Below are positions 16,827-26,369 of a DNA stretch of 64,000 nt, in pieces (position 1 is the first letter of the stretch; every line of letters starts with the position of its first letter). Below the pieces are notes generated by a model. That model was not told where the DNA came from. It was given only the letters and a program-made list of their open reading frames with translations, and made no database searches. The position numbers were made by a program, and so were the translations under genes. Source of the stretch: an uncultured virus (IMG/VR IMGVR_UViG_3300020057_001237) (lineage: Duplodnaviria > Heunggongvirae > Uroviricota > Caudoviricetes); IMG/VR virus record IMGVR_UViG_3300020057_001237; one strand, given 5' to 3'.

Positions 16827-18352
16827 TGGCAGCGGTTCTTTGGGATATTGACCTTGAGATGAAAGCGTTAAAAACTATTTTAACGCCTGAGAGTCCGTTC
16901 GCCCCCAAGGTGTACGCCTCCATGAAGCCTGAGTTCTTCCACCACAGAGCTTGTAAAGCTCTCTATGGGAGGCTCCAAGAGCTTTTAGAAACCGGGTTGT
17001 CGAGCTTCCCTACTTGGCAAATGCTTGTCACGGACACCGCTTTAAGTGGTGAAGTGCAAGAGTCCCTTAAGACGGCGTTTGCTGAGTTGCCGTTAGTAGG
17101 TAGCGACGGTGACTTGCAATATTTGTCGAACGCTCTCCATCAGCTTGCAAGTAAGAGAGCCGTCTATCAAACACTGCACGACACCCAAGAAACCATCATG
17201 GATTCGAGTAAGACGGCAGAAGATGCCGTAAGCCGTATCGGTGATGCACTTACGAGAGTCGATGCACAAGACGACTCCTTACATGAAGTGGGTCTAGGCT
17301 CTGACTACAATGAGAATGCCGAAAGGGTATTCTACGACATCCTTTCGCAGGAGCAAGAAGCCTTTCAGTTTGTTAAGACCGGCTACCCTACCTTCGACAT
17401 GCGAAGCGGTGGTCACCAAAGAGGCAACCTCGTCGTCATCGGTGCCAACAGCGGTGGTGGCAAGTCTTTATTCGCTCTGAACTTGATGGCACGCCAGTAC
17501 CTTCTCGGTTACAACGTCGTCATGGCGTCCTATGAGATGAACTACCACGAAATCATGGTACGTCTTTTAGCGATCCTCTCTGAAGTTGATATGCAGCGCC
17601 TACAAATGAAGCAGCTCACCGTCGAAGAAGTGCGGCGTGTGGAGTGTGCATGGCGAGAGTTCAACATCTTCGGTAAAAAGAATGGCAACACGTTCCATTT
17701 GCTATGCCCATCCAACGAGACAACCGTCTCTGCGATAGGTTTAAAATACCGTTCAAAGAACCCCACCTGCATCATTTTTGACTATATTAACCTGCTAACT
17801 AGTCATAGCGACCTCGCCGACAGTCAGTGGCAGATGCTTGGTGAAATTGCAAAAGAGTCTAAAAATTTAGCTAAGCAGATGAATGCCGTCGTCTACTTGT
17901 TAGCTCAGGTCGATGAGAACGTGCAGCTACGTTACGCTAAAGCTATCAAAGACCACGCAAATTGGGTAATGGGTTGGTCACGAGATGAACAAAGCATTAT
18001 CGACGGCTATGTCACTGTAAAACAGATGAAAGCTCGTAACGCACCAGTCTACGATTTCAATTTGCTAACACGCTTCGACATTGGTACTTTCCTAGATGTC
18101 GGCGAGATGACGAAAGACAAACGCTACACTGACTCCGAATACAATGACATTCAAGAGCTTGCTCGCCAGTATGGTGCCATCTTCGACATCAGCAAGCTCT
18201 TGATTGCAAAGAAGTCGCCGTTGATTATTGCTCCGACACCGGAGATCATCAAGTTGGCTGCTCCAAAGCTGTCATTGGTTCTTGAGGGCGTCGTAAGAGC
18301 CGACGAAGGACGCTCCTACTTCAATGACGATACGAATAGCGATCTTATGTGA
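16826..18352 (+). CDS. dnaB: Replicative DNA helicase, DnaB-like
   Basis: TGYPTFD, GANSGGGKS, SYEM, IIFDYINL, LAQV, KARN motifs. Confidence 0.92.
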   Translation: MAAVLWDIDLEMKALKTILTPESPFAPKVYASMKPEFFHHRACKALYGRLQELLETGLSSFPTWQMLVTDTALSGEVQESLKTAFAELPLVGSDGDLQYLSNALHQLASKRAVYQTLHDTQETIMDSSKTAEDAVSRIGDALTRVDAQDDSLHEVGLGSDYNENAERVFYDILSQEQEAFQFVKTGYPTFDMRSGGHQRGNLVVIGANSGGGKSLFALNLMARQYLLGYNVVMASYEMNYHEIMVRLLAILSEVDMQRLQMKQLTVEEVRRVECAWREFNIFGKKNGNTFHLLCPSNETTVSAIGLKYRSKNPTCIIFDYINLLTSHSDLADSQWQMLGEIAKESKNLAKQMNAVVYLLAQVDENVQLRYAKAIKDHANWVMGWSRDEQSIIDGYVTVKQMKARNAPVYDFNLLTRFDIGTFLDVGEMTKDKRYTDSEYNDIQELARQYGAIFDISKLLIAKKSPLIIAPTPEIIKLAAPKLSLVLEGVVRADEGRSYFNDDTNSDLM

Positions 18353-18360
18353 GGTGCTAC

Positions 18361-19527
18361 GTGGCTGCTGTGTTGAAGGTAAAAGGTGCTGAGCTAAAAA
18401 AAGCCGTAAGTCTAACCGCTGCGTTTGCCGCTATCGTACCAGATAGTCCCGAGCAAAAGGTCGTCGAGATCAAGCACGAAGGCGGTGTCACTACGTTGAG
18501 CTTCTGGCATGGATCTGCGAAGATCGTAACCGAGCTAGAGACTCTTGAAGGCACTTCTACAACCAAGTTCTTAGACCTCGAAACTCTGTCCTCGATGAAG
18601 TTCTCGGTCGAAACCTCGTTTGCCTTCGATGAGAAAAACGTCTTGGTGAAAACCGGCGAGTTGAAGGTGACGTTGCCCTACATGAAAATTGATGATCTTG
18701 TGGACATCAGTAAAGAAGTGGCGACAACTTTGACACTTAAGACCAAAAGCTTTGTGAAGGCACTTCAATGCCATGCCTACGGCTCGCACCACAATAATGA
18801 AGAAGCGCAACGTCGTCCTGTGCGTATCTACCTCGAAGGCACGACGCTTTTGCTTCAGTCCTACGACAAGCAGGTGTCCGCCTTCAGTCGGCTAGGGACC
18901 GATTTTCTGTTACCGCCAGATCCGGTAGATTTTCAACTCCTTCCAAAGCCGCTGCTGACCGTATTAGATTCCTCCGACGCTGATGTGTTTGCCATCGGTG
19001 CTTCTCCTCAGTCGTGGAAGGTCATTGTTGGAAAGACCACGGTCTACTTTCCCAATCTCCTCCGTGCAAGCAAAGGTGACTTTACGGATCTTTTAGGCAG
19101 CGTAAGGGTGAAACCCTGCTACATGTTGGTATTCGAGCCGGGTGCTCTAAATGAAGCACTGACCCAAATAGCACCCTTTTTAAAGCTAAATAAAAACGAA
19201 GCTTCCAAGGTCAGCGTTCAGATCGTCGGGCAAAAGCAGATCCTAATTAAGACTAGTTCGGCGAAGGTGCAAAACGTAGAAAGTGAGATACCAGAAAGTA
19301 AAGTGCAGCTCGTCATGTCGAGAAGTCCTGCATCGCTCTCTGGTAAAGAGACCGTTGCATTTAATTACAAGTATTTAAAAGAGTTTCTTGATAACCTACA
19401 GACGAAGACCGAGAAGGTCTCGCTTCAATGGTGGGAATACATGAACCCTGACGTACCTTTGAAAGGGAAAGCTGTTTCAGTTTTCTCTGGCTCAGGACGG
19501 TACATAATGGCGAGGTTGCTGGCGTGA
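18361..19527 (+). CDS. Sliding clamp, DNA Pol III beta-like (divergent)
   Basis: About 388 aa with three repeated alpha/beta units, AFNYKYLKEFL and C-terminal RYIMARL, typical of DnaN; follows dnaB; GAGGTG RBS before GTG. Confidence 0.65.
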   Translation: MAAVLKVKGAELKKAVSLTAAFAAIVPDSPEQKVVEIKHEGGVTTLSFWHGSAKIVTELETLEGTSTTKFLDLETLSSMKFSVETSFAFDEKNVLVKTGELKVTLPYMKIDDLVDISKEVATTLTLKTKSFVKALQCHAYGSHHNNEEAQRRPVRIYLEGTTLLLQSYDKQVSAFSRLGTDFLLPPDPVDFQLLPKPLLTVLDSSDADVFAIGASPQSWKVIVGKTTVYFPNLLRASKGDFTDLLGSVRVKPCYMLVFEPGALNEALTQIAPFLKLNKNEASKVSVQIVGQKQILIKTSSAKVQNVESEIPESKVQLVMSRSPASLSGKETVAFNYKYLKEFLDNLQTKTEKVSLQWWEYMNPDVPLKGKAVSVFSGSGRYIMARLLA

Positions 19528-19973
19528 TTTTAGATCCTTTGAACCCGTGCGAAGCTTGTCCCTACGTAGAAGGTAAAGAGATGGTGTGGACGCTTTCGCG
19601 TGAAGACAACACTTATTACTTTTGGGTACAACAAGTCTCCGCCGAAGTACAATTACATCCACTGATTTCCCCAGAGGAAGTCGAGATCGGCAGCGGGGTA
19701 AAGTTGTTCGTACATAAAGGCTTATCGAAAAACGAGCTTTTGTACAGGCTGAGTTTTAAAAAACTGCCTGAACGTTTTGTAGCCAAGCCAGGTCATAGTC
19801 CCCACGCCATCTTTTGGACCTTCGGCAAAGAGGGTGGACCATCTCTTAAAGTTACGCCGCTGTACCGTGACAAAAACATCTCCGTGCATTCGTGGGTAGA
19901 TAAAAAGTCTTACTTAGCCGTAATCCGCACCGAGCACTTCAACCATAGTGATTTTTCTTTTTGGAGCCGCTGA
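19524..19973 (+). CDS. Hypothetical protein
   Basis: Coupled ORF (GTGA); N-terminal CxxC. Confidence 0.55.
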   Translation: MILDPLNPCEACPYVEGKEMVWTLSREDNTYYFWVQQVSAEVQLHPLISPEEVEIGSGVKLFVHKGLSKNELLYRLSFKKLPERFVAKPGHSPHAIFWTFGKEGGPSLKVTPLYRDKNISVHSWVDKKSYLAVIRTEHFNHSDFSFWSR

Positions 19974-19974
19974 T

Positions 19975-20364
19975 ATGAAAGTCGTAGGTATTCTCATGAA
20001 TTTTGCTGACAAAGATCAGCGGGCTACATATCCAACGGGGTTGTTACTCTTTTTTAAAGAAACCAAACAGCTTCTTGCGACGAGCAAAAGCCCTCTCAGC
20101 AACACACTTAAGGATGCCTTTCAGTTTGGCATTCGGTTCACTGAGACCGACGAGTTGTTGAGAAGAACGGAGACCATTGCTAACGGCAAAGATCCTGCAC
20201 GCCTCATCGAGAAGGCTGCGATCTATTACGGTCAATCTGGATACTTAATCACGTCCGACGAGTTGGACTTACCCCTTGCTGAAGATGTGTTCTTGACCGA
20301 GGGTTTGAAGTTTACAACGAAGGACGCCGCCTTCGAGACGCTCTCCTTGAAAGGACTCACCTGA
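19975..20364 (+). CDS. Hypothetical protein
   Basis: GGAG RBS before ATG 19975. Confidence 0.6.
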   Translation: MKVVGILMNFADKDQRATYPTGLLLFFKETKQLLATSKSPLSNTLKDAFQFGIRFTETDELLRRTETIANGKDPARLIEKAAIYYGQSGYLITSDELDLPLAEDVFLTEGLKFTTKDAAFETLSLKGLT

Positions 20365-20920
20365 TGACGCAGACGATAGAAGAGGGTCTAAACCTTGCCG
20401 AGGTCGTCGCCGCAGATCCGACGATGAAGAAGAACTTCTTTACGAAGCTTGCGGACCCTCAGTGGGAAATCCCCGACTATGAGCCGGAGATCCGGGCTCT
20501 TGTGTCAACTCAGGTATCATTAATACCAACGATTTCTCACCTGATGACTATAAAATTTTAATACAAGCTTTGTCGTTGGTAGTAGCTTGTAAAGAAAGAG
20601 CCGCAGTTGTTACCCACCATTTAAAAGCTCTTAATTACCGTTGGAGTAAACTATTGCGCCAAGCGCAGCGGTACGTAGAACGTCGGTACTATACCGATCT
20701 CAATTCGCTCAAGGACTCCATTAGAAAGTCGGTCCTCTCATCGGCACTAGATCAGCTTGAAGAGGGGGTAGCGAAATTAAAATACCTTCTGGACCTCGCT
20801 GAGTCTGCACAAAGTCATCTAAGTGAGGTAAATTGGGCAGTAAAGAACTCTTGCGAAATGGTCACGAGCTATTTCAATGTCGTTCGCTCCGTTACTCCAT
20901 CGACTCCTAAAGATTTGTAG
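20364..20920 (+). pseudogene. UvsY-like recombination mediator split by a frameshift near 20500-20510
   Basis: The two ORFs (20364-20561, 20570-20920) join if 2 nt are removed from CTTGTGTCAAC; the second frame is open from 20483 and has no RBS at its TTG; C-terminal LKYLLDLAE...NWAVKNSCEM resembles UvsY. Confidence 0.5.
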
Positions 20921-20926
20921 AAGGCT

Positions 20927-21715
20927 ATGCTAGTCGCATTAACTACGGATACCCATTATGGCTGGGATCACAACACTGACAAAATCCATCGCAAAAAGCT
21001 TATCGCTCTCAAAGCGGAGATGGAAAAGCGGAATTGCGGTATCTTACTCCATACTGGTGATTGGTCTTGTAATAAGCAGAAGAGTCTCTTTCGTACTTGG
21101 GCGATCTTCCGAGAAATCTTAGGTGACTCGGTGCGTATTTTGGGTGTTCGTGGCAACCATGACTTTTGGTTTGCCGACGACCACCGCCACCCTACTTTCA
21201 AAGACCGGACGTGGGACGCTTTGTTTCAGCGCCATGTCGATAACGCCGCACTGCATAAAGTTGAACTCCTCAGCAACAGCGGTCCCGTCGTCATCGGCGA
21301 TACGTGGTTCGGGGGCTTCGACGGTTGGTACGAGATCAAAGACGCACCGTCCAACGATAGATATTGTATGCCGGACTTTGGACCGGACGGGCAAGATACC
21401 TTCGTCTTCATGCAAAGCCGTGCTCAGAAGCAGCTTCAAGCTGCCTTAGATCAAATGCCTGCGGACAAGTTCAAGGTGCTTCTGACCCACTTTCCGCTTA
21501 TCGAAGGTAAGCTGTACAAGGGGGTAAACCTCAACGGTAATCCGAGGTGGTTTGACTTTTTAGTGAATCAAGTCGATGTCCTTTGTTGGGGGCACACGCA
21601 CGAAGCTGTGGACTACGTTTGGCGTGGGGTTCGGTGCGTGAATGCGGGCTCTGGCTACAACGCTTTTCAATACTATTTTATGGAGGTGGGTGGATGCTCC
21701 GTGACGGCAGCTTAG
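20927..21715 (+). CDS. Calcineurin-like metallophosphoesterase
   Basis: TDTH, TGD, GNHD, THFP, GHTH motifs. Confidence 0.88.
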   Translation: MLVALTTDTHYGWDHNTDKIHRKKLIALKAEMEKRNCGILLHTGDWSCNKQKSLFRTWAIFREILGDSVRILGVRGNHDFWFADDHRHPTFKDRTWDALFQRHVDNAALHKVELLSNSGPVVIGDTWFGGFDGWYEIKDAPSNDRYCMPDFGPDGQDTFVFMQSRAQKQLQAALDQMPADKFKVLLTHFPLIEGKLYKGVNLNGNPRWFDFLVNQVDVLCWGHTHEAVDYVWRGVRCVNAGSGYNAFQYYFMEVGGCSVTAA

Positions 21716-21864
21716 TCGTACTTTTCTTTCTGATGTGGGCAATTATCAGCTACGTGCTTTACGGCACCTACAATGTTGTATTGATTGCAGACTTCGTTCG
21801 GGAGCAATGTACGGAGCTAGAAAAAAGAGAGGCAGCTCCGAAGAGCTGCCTCAATTTCAAGTAG
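21694..21864 (+). CDS. Small membrane protein
   Basis: GGAGG RBS; MLRDGSLVVLFFLMWAIISYVLYG hydrophobic helix. Confidence 0.5.
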   Translation: MLRDGSLVVLFFLMWAIISYVLYGTYNVVLIADFVREQCTELEKREAAPKSCLNFK

Positions 21865-21873
21865 TATTGAAGC

Positions 21874-22842
21874 TTATTGGAAGGTCGGGATTGCGATTGG
21901 AATCTCAAAGCACTCTGCAATTTTCAGCAAGGTAACTTTGCGTGTGGTGTCGTCACAACCCGGCGGTGGCGGTGGCGGTGGTGGGGGAGGATTTTCGCCG
22001 CCGCAAGTCGCTTCATCACCGTTGATGCCGCAGATTTTCACGCTGTACTTCGTTCCCATAGCCGTGAGGAAGCTTTTGCTTTCTTGAACGTCTAGGCGGG
22101 AGTTGTAGTTCGTGTCACGAATGTTGCCTTTGGAGTTGATAGATAGGATCGTGGGCTTGGTGTTGTCTTCGCCGACGAAGAGTGGACCACCGGAGTCGCC
22201 GAAGCAAAGAGCTGCTTGACCTCGACCGCCTGTAACCATGTCGAAGCCTGACGTACCTGTCATGCGTGCTTTACCGCCACGCAGCTTACCGTCGTTACCA
22301 CCACCGCCACCGGCTTGTGTACAACCGTAGCCTGCGAGGAAATATTCGGTACCGTTCGTAGCTGTGCCGCCGACGATTGCGAAGACATCAACATCAGCCT
22401 TTGCCACTTCTTGGTCAAGGATGATTACGCTTACGTCGTGGTCAACACCTGGGTAAAGACTACTACGTTCGATCTTACCCGTGAACGACTTCGTGCCAAT
22501 CTTGAACGAAGCTGCTGCGCCCGTTGCTCCGCAGTGCGCGGCTGTAAGTGCGACTTTAGGACCTACGACTGTCGCCGTACAACCGCTGCTACCAACAGTG
22601 ATACGAACAACATACTTCCATTTTGCGAGATCTAGTTCTTGCCCGTTGATGAGTGTTGGAACAACATCACCTTCAGGACTTCTTACGCAGTCGAGAACAA
22701 GTGGATCGTCACCGCAGCGGGACTCCGCATTCGCTACAGGACGTGTGAAATTTCCTTTATCGGTTTGGGCGTCCGCCGAGTTGCGGCTACAACCACCCAA
22801 AAGAGCCGCAGCTCCCACCACTAGCAGTAAGTTCTTTAACAT
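21874..22842 (-). CDS. Trypsin-like (S1) serine protease, lipoprotein
   Basis: Lipobox LLGGC; LTAAHC, HDVS, CFGDSGGP catalytic triad; poly-Pro linker near the C-terminus; GGAG RBS. Confidence 0.92.
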   Translation of the reverse strand: MLKNLLLVVGAAALLGGCSRNSADAQTDKGNFTRPVANAESRCGDDPLVLDCVRSPEGDVVPTLINGQELDLAKWKYVVRITVGSSGCTATVVGPKVALTAAHCGATGAAASFKIGTKSFTGKIERSSLYPGVDHDVSVIILDQEVAKADVDVFAIVGGTATNGTEYFLAGYGCTQAGGGGGNDGKLRGGKARMTGTSGFDMVTGGRGQAALCFGDSGGPLFVGEDNTKPTILSINSKGNIRDTNYNSRLDVQESKSFLTAMGTKYSVKICGINGDEATCGGENPPPPPPPPPPGCDDTTRKVTLLKIAECFEIPIAIPTFQ

Positions 22843-22892
22843 AACTTCTCCCATCGTTAATAAACGTTGAACGCTTCGCATCATGCTCGGCG

Positions 22893-24215
22893 TTATCTGA
22901 ATCTTTCCAGTTCGATCTTTGTGTACTGCCTAGGATGCAGCGAAACATTTGGCAATTTAACTATTTCTACTTCGGACCTTCCGTACACGTATTGGTCAAA
23001 AAGGCTCTGTAAGCTGCTGCCATATAGCCTTTCAACAAACTCTTGAAACTGCTGAACGGTAATAGTTTGCCTTCTCTTTTCGATCCAGAGAATGGTCAGC
23101 ACTTCCTTCATTCCGCCTGCATTTCTAAATAGATAGTCAAGATGAGAGATGAATTGCATACCAGAGCTATAGGCTGCATTCGTGGTAGCCCGCTTGTACG
23201 GCGAGAAGCCTCCTAGTAAGGCTTGGCTACCGGGCGTGCTTCTACGGGGATAGCTTTCGTCTCTCCAACTAGCAATGGCTTCGTCGATCCAACCAGAGTT
23301 GCCGTTGGCAGGCATAACGCCTCTAGCAAACCAACTGTGCGTCAGCTCATGCCCTAAAGCACCTGCTGAAGTCATCGTCGCGCCGCAATACTCCATACCG
23401 CCACCGCTTGGCGTAATGTAGACGGTCAAACTGTCGTGCCCAAAGATACCGAAGGTGGATTCTAGCTCTGTGAGAATACGCTTAGTGCTCGCCACTGCGG
23501 ACGTTACAGCACTTGCGGACTCGGCGTAAACGACTACTGGATAGGTCGCTTCTAGACCGCCGTACAAAAAGCGTTGCTCCGAGAAGCGTCCCTCTTCAAC
23601 GAGGTGAAAGTAAAAGCTAGAGGTTGTGAAGTAGGCAGGAAACTCGACTTTGGAATTGAATTGACCATTTGGGTAGATCACACCGTTGGTGTAAATCGTA
23701 TGCGGTTTCGCTGTCCCCGAGACGGTCACAAATATGTTTTGTCTGTATTGATCGTATTCGAAGTTCGTCGGTGCATACTGTTCAAAGAATCCTCGATCCT
23801 CTAAGTCACCCATGAAGGCTCCGAAGCGGACGTAGTTCGAGCCGTAGGTCACGTTAGGCAATGCGTAGGTGACGATCAGCTTGTGGACGCCGGGAGCTGA
23901 TTCCACGCTCACAGCACGCATGGTGGTGGCGTTGGAGGGTGCGGAGATCGACGTAAGGCTTACCGATGTCCCGTCGAGGGTGGCAGCACTTGCGTTAGGG
24001 ATCAGGTCTAGAATTGCCCGACCTGCTTTAGGCTGAGAAAAAACCACTTCGGCTGTGGCTGAAGTGGTTCTTGTGGCTACGTCAAATTTCCAAGTAAGAT
24101 CTACGGACTCAAAGTCTACGAAAATGGCTTCCGTGTTTCCCAAAGGAAAAGGCGCAGGAGCCTTCGTGAGGTCACCTGCGAGTAGGACGGACGCTAGAGC
24201 GATTTGACTTAGCAT
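22893..24215 (-). CDS. M1-family (gluzincin) zinc aminopeptidase, probably exported
   Basis: GGMEY, HELTH-x18-E (WIDE), AYSSG; short hydrophobic N-terminus. Confidence 0.88.
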   Translation of the reverse strand: MLSQIALASVLLAGDLTKAPAPFPLGNTEAIFVDFESVDLTWKFDVATRTTSATAEVVFSQPKAGRAILDLIPNASAATLDGTSVSLTSISAPSNATTMRAVSVESAPGVHKLIVTYALPNVTYGSNYVRFGAFMGDLEDRGFFEQYAPTNFEYDQYRQNIFVTVSGTAKPHTIYTNGVIYPNGQFNSKVEFPAYFTTSSFYFHLVEEGRFSEQRFLYGGLEATYPVVVYAESASAVTSAVASTKRILTELESTFGIFGHDSLTVYITPSGGGMEYCGATMTSAGALGHELTHSWFARGVMPANGNSGWIDEAIASWRDESYPRRSTPGSQALLGGFSPYKRATTNAAYSSGMQFISHLDYLFRNAGGMKEVLTILWIEKRRQTITVQQFQEFVERLYGSSLQSLFDQYVYGRSEVEIVKLPNVSLHPRQYTKIELERFR

Positions 24216-24331
24216 AAGGTTGTTTTTTTGGTTTTGACTAATTGTACAAGACTGCCAGCTAAAAGTGAAGACCAGTAAGCGAGGACCAAGAAAGCCCCCG
24301 CTAGGGCACCCGCTACTTGAAGTCCAAGCAT
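24209..24331 (-). CDS. Possible 40-aa membrane peptide (not in the ORF track)
   Basis: MLGLQVAGALAGAFLVLAYWSSLLAGSLVQLVKTKKTTLC exactly fills the gap between its neighbours. Confidence 0.45.
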   Translation of the reverse strand: MLGLQVAGALAGAFLVLAYWSSLLAGSLVQLVKTKKTTLC

Positions 24332-24332
24332 A

Positions 24333-24689
24333 TTAAACCGGGTCTGAGACGGGGAAGATCACCGGTACTGCGACTGTCTTCGACGTAAGTGCCTTAAGAA
24401 GACGCTGCACGACGCTGAACAGTTTCGTAAACAATGCTGCTGCTTCTGCTGCGTCGATGTCTTTCAACTCTGCCATAATTTGGTCACTGCCTTTGAAGGC
24501 TTCGACCGCTGCCATCAAAAGGGTCGTCGTGTACTGAATGTCGTCGAGGTCAATCTTGCCGTCAGCTTTGGCTTGCTCGTAGGTATCAGCAGCCGCTTCC
24601 ACTAAAGCCAAGAGGTCCATGGTTTCTTTGATGCCGTAAGCACCAGTCTGTTGTAAATTATCAACCGCTTGTTTGATGTCGTCGATCAT
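24333..24689 (-). CDS. Hypothetical helical protein
   Basis: GGAGG RBS before MIDDIKQ; contains ADGKIDLDD. Confidence 0.65.
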   Translation of the reverse strand: MIDDIKQAVDNLQQTGAYGIKETMDLLALVEAAADTYEQAKADGKIDLDDIQYTTTLLMAAVEAFKGSDQIMAELKDIDAAEAAALFTKLFSVVQRLLKALTSKTVAVPVIFPVSDPV

Positions 24690-24720
24690 GGGGAATTTCC
24701 TCCAGCAGACCGGAGAAGAA

Positions 24721-24924
24721 TCATTTCTTCTCAGGCTTGAGCTGTTGAATCTCAGCATTCACCTGCTGGGCGAACTTGGTGATTTCGCTCGCCATGACAT
24801 TTTGGGCGTTCTCTAAGCCATTTAGACGTGAGTGCTCAAATAGAAGCACGGTACCGACGAAGGCACCGAACACAAAAATAACGATGATTGCAGCGGTAAC
24901 TATGAGCTTGTCTTTGATGAACAT
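24721..24924 (-). CDS. Small single-pass membrane protein
   Basis: AAGGAG RBS; one TM helix followed by a short coiled coil. Confidence 0.6.
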   Translation of the reverse strand: MFIKDKLIVTAAIIVIFVFGAFVGTVLLFEHSRLNGLENAQNVMASEITKFAQQVNAEIQQLKPEKK

Positions 24925-24980
24925 GCCATCTCCTTGAGCCATATTAAAGTGTGTCCTTTTCAGGGGAGGTTTTGTTAATG

Positions 24981-25009
24981 AATTTAGCACTGGTCTTAAA
25001 ACCAGTCTA
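24981..25009 (-). promoter_or_regulatory. Sigma70-like promoter with a palindromic operator in the spacer
   Basis: TAGACT-17-TAAATT with extended TG; imperfect palindrome ACTGGTCTTAAAACCAGT at 24989-25006. Confidence 0.5.
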
Positions 25010-25080
25010 CAAAGACTTTAGGGTAAGCTTATGAATAGGGAGTTATACGGGGAGGGGAGGTTGCTAGCGGCGGACAAACG

Positions 25081-25109
25081 AAAAGAGAGCCCGGAGGAGG
25101 GGCTCTCTT
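25081..25109 (-). terminator. Rho-independent terminator after the collagen-like gene
   Basis: AAGAGAGCCC/GGGCTCTCTT stem followed by T residues on the - strand. Confidence 0.7.
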
Positions 25110-25132
25110 GTTATGTAAGCTAACTACTACTT

Positions 25133-26290
25133 TTAGTGATACATAGTGCCTTCGAAGAAGTACATACCCATCACACCGGACGCTTCCGTCAAGATCATGT
25201 GGTAGAATATAGAAACATCGTACTGAAGGATGCCCACGTTTGAAGCGTTAAGAGTCCACGTTCTGACTACAGGTGTTCCGGCAGCGCAAGCTTCTGGGCT
25301 AGTGTACTGTTCCGCCGTAGTGTTGTTGATCTTCTTGAAGTATGGGAAGCTCGCACCAAGAGACGTACAGTTACCGTTGATAACTTGTGTTGCGACGGAG
25401 AACGAGTTACCCGAGCCTGTAGGACCGACTTCACCGTCTTCACCTTGTTCGCCTTGAGCGCCTGTCGCACCGGTTGCACCTGTCGCACCGGTTGCACCGT
25501 TACAGATCGCAAAGGATGTATAGTTAAGGTCCGCAGCTACGTTGTAAGTTTGGTTGGCGCTTACGTCGATCCAGCTCTCATAAAACTTACCACCGGTCGC
25601 ACATTCACCGCCCGTAGCGTTGCGGACTGCGAACCAAGCACTTGAACCGTTGCTGCCGTTTGTGCCGTTGGTTCCATTGGTGCCGTTAGTACCGTTGGTT
25701 CCGTTAGTACCGTCCGAACCGTTTGTGCCGTTGGTTCCATTGGTGCCGTTAGTACCTGCGAGACCTTGATCGCCTTGGATACCTTGGATGCCTTGTTGAC
25801 CTTGAGTACCTTGGGCACCAGTTGCTCCTGTGGCACCAGTTGCGCCGATGTTAGCGGCAGCTCCGTCGATACCTTGGATACCTTGGTCACCTTGATCGCC
25901 CTTGTCGCCTTTGGCACCCGCCTCACCTGCGGCACCATCATCGCCTTTAGAACCTTTAAGATCGAGAATGACGTAGGCTTCACCGTCGCAGTAGTGGAAC
26001 TTGCCTTCGGATATGACATAAAGAACTCGACTTTTGAAAGCCGCCGAGCACTCAGGAAGAAGCGCTGCGTTGTCGATTGCTCCAAGGAACATCGCATCGG
26101 CAGGCAAAACGTCTTTGACGTTGTTGGATTTTTGAGTAGAGCCGTCTTCTTTTTCGGCTTGCGTTTTAGCGCCGTTGTTGTCAGCAACTTCTGCTGCCGG
26201 AGCCGAAGCTGATTCTGCACCGCAACCCGAAAGAACAGCGAAGAGACCGAGAGCCAAAACCGTGCTGTAGAGCTGATTGATCGTTTTCAT
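25133..26290 (-). CDS. Collagen-like (Gly-X-Y repeat) lipoprotein
   Basis: Lipobox LSGC; two G-X-Y tracts including (GTN)n and (GAT)n around a Cys-containing module; AGGAGG RBS. Confidence 0.85.
   Translation of the reverse strand: MKTINQLYSTVLALGLFAVLSGCGAESASAPAAEVADNNGAKTQAEKEDGSTQKSNNVKDVLPADAMFLGAIDNAALLPECSAAFKSRVLYVISEGKFHYCDGEAYVILDLKGSKGDDGAAGEAGAKGDKGDQGDQGIQGIDGAAANIGATGATGATGAQGTQGQQGIQGIQGDQGLAGTNGTNGTNGTNGSDGTNGTNGTNGTNGTNGTNGSNGSSAWFAVRNATGGECATGGKFYESWIDVSANQTYNVAADLNYTSFAICNGATGATGATGATGAQGEQGEDGEVGPTGSGNSFSVATQVINGNCTSLGASFPYFKKINNTTAEQYTSPEACAAGTPVVRTWTLNASNVGILQYDVSIFYHMILTEASGVMGMYFFEGTMYH
25656..25756. repeat. 9-bp-unit coding tandem repeat containing a perfect 38-bp direct repeat
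   Basis: CCGTTTGTGCCGTTGGTTCCATTGGTGCCGTTAGTACC at 25656-25693 and 25719-25756. Confidence 0.85.
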
Positions 26291-26342
26291 GTTTCTAACC
26301 TCCTAGTATTTGTTAGTAGTGTCATGTTGCTTACATGAATTT

Positions 26343-26369
26343 AGATCGGACGAAGGCGCAAAAACTTTA
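26343..26369 (-). promoter_or_regulatory. Sigma28 (FliA)-type promoter of the collagen-like gene
   Basis: The - strand reads TAAAGTTT-N11-TCCGATCT versus consensus TAAAGTTT-N11-GCCGATAA, about 50 nt upstream of the ATG. Confidence 0.7.

Noticed and set aside
4139..18352. Inteins in RecA, DnaX or DnaB
   Set aside because: Protein lengths are near normal and no C/S...HN-C/S/T splice motifs are present
25440..25960. CRISPR-like or non-coding repeat array
   Set aside because: Repeats are in-frame Gly-X-Y codons with no unique spacers
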